A DNA stretch of 62,982 nt, the filler included, from Reticulomyxa filosa (lineage: Eukaryota > Protista > Foraminifera), in assembly GCA_000512085.1 (NCBI GenBank). It is 12 parts of 12 records of this genome, joined end to end, with 100 filler letters (N's around TTAATTAATTAA, not from the genome) between each part and the next. Parts side by side here need not be neighbours in the genome. Positions count along the whole stretch, not along the records: positions 60,187 to 62,982 come from ASPP01009064.1; 11 more parts are not named here. One strand, given 5' to 3'. Position 1 is the first letter of the stretch, and the number at the start of each line of letters is the position of its first letter. Under the pieces are notes generated by a model. The model saw nothing but the letters and a program-made list of their open reading frames with translations, searched no databases and was not told the origin of the DNA. Positions 62,321-62,982 of this stretch are shown here, piece by piece. The position numbers and the translations under genes are program-made.

Positions 62321-62982
62321 TAATTGGAGCATTGACTCCAAAAATCGTTTCTATCCTAGAGGATAGCACAATAATTAGTTAAGTAAATAAAAATATTTTT
62401 TTTTATGTTTAGCTTGTTTCAACAAAAAAAAATATAGATTGAAAGTGTGGCAGCGAACAAGTTCCAATATTTAAAAATAATCACAAATCACACTTTCTTA
62501 TCACTTTGTATATGTTTCTTCATTTTTTTGCACACTAAAATACGTATTGCTTTTTTAAATATAGGTGGCAAGGAAAAACAAGAGTATAGTGTTATGTGAT
62601 GTTTGGTGGCAAAATGAAGACTACTTGCTTAGCACCACGTCTACTCGAATACCAATTTTAATGAATGCATTTGCATTGATCAATCTCTGCGTTATCTATT
62701 CTCAAATGTTCGCGAAATACTGTTGAAAGATTTCCACAACAATCGTATCAATATTATCCTTCGTATTTCCCAACAAGAGCTCAACTTTGATTCAAACACG
62801 GTACCTCTATCTATATATTCCCAGCAAGGCATCATACAATGTCTTCACACATTTACGCTACATTTGTGAGCAATTATAGTTTGTTACGAAGCCATCTTGA
62901 AGTGTTCTGTGTTTTTTGGATTGAGTAGATTGAATTAATTGTATCGATAATGAAAAGCAAGGACGTGCCTGTATTACAAGTG

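Noticed and set aside
62016-62369. Phe-rich 117-aa membrane-like ORF
   Set aside because: Reverse reading of an A/G low-complexity block, possibly poor-quality sequence.
1-62982. CRISPR arrays, rRNA, tRNA or prokaryotic operons
   Set aside because: No repeat-spacer periodicity or recognisable structural RNA seen by eye; a tRNAscan/Infernal run would be needed to exclude small RNAs.

Overview
AT-rich, intron-containing eukaryotic DNA. It is 12 unrelated contigs joined by eleven artificial 100-nt spacers (N44-TTAATTAATTAA-N44), so gene adjacency only means something inside a contig. The gene families and intron style suggest a foraminiferan such as Reticulomyxa filosa (inference, not verified). 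Housekeeping genes: prenylcysteine oxidase, LSM7, sphingolipid delta-4 desaturase, CDC73, AAR2, a DHHC palmitoyltransferase, a GT11-like fucosyltransferase and a PHD-finger protein. The most striking content is a candidate protist innate-immunity/cell-death toolkit. (1) A 3-exon gene (11012->7843) encodes [beta-grasp PB1/CIDE-N-like]-[unnamed domain X]-[~10 TPR]-[beta-grasp]-[caspase with intact His/Cys]. (2) A paralogue on another contig (22437-24491) has the same modules in a different order and both catalytic residues changed to Tyr. (3) About 700 bp downstream of that pseudo-caspase is a ~15 kb RNF213/mysterin-like AAA+ gene with an N-terminal SAM-like domain, no visible RING, and an RZ finger with Ser at the catalytic Cys position. 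The window also holds a 245-bp-arm perfect palindrome over the caspase promoter, LINE remnants including two head-to-head poly(A) 3' ends, a WD40 gene with one nonsense codon, and introns with poly-A rather than polypyrimidine acceptors. All domain calls come from reading motifs by eye; no searches were run.
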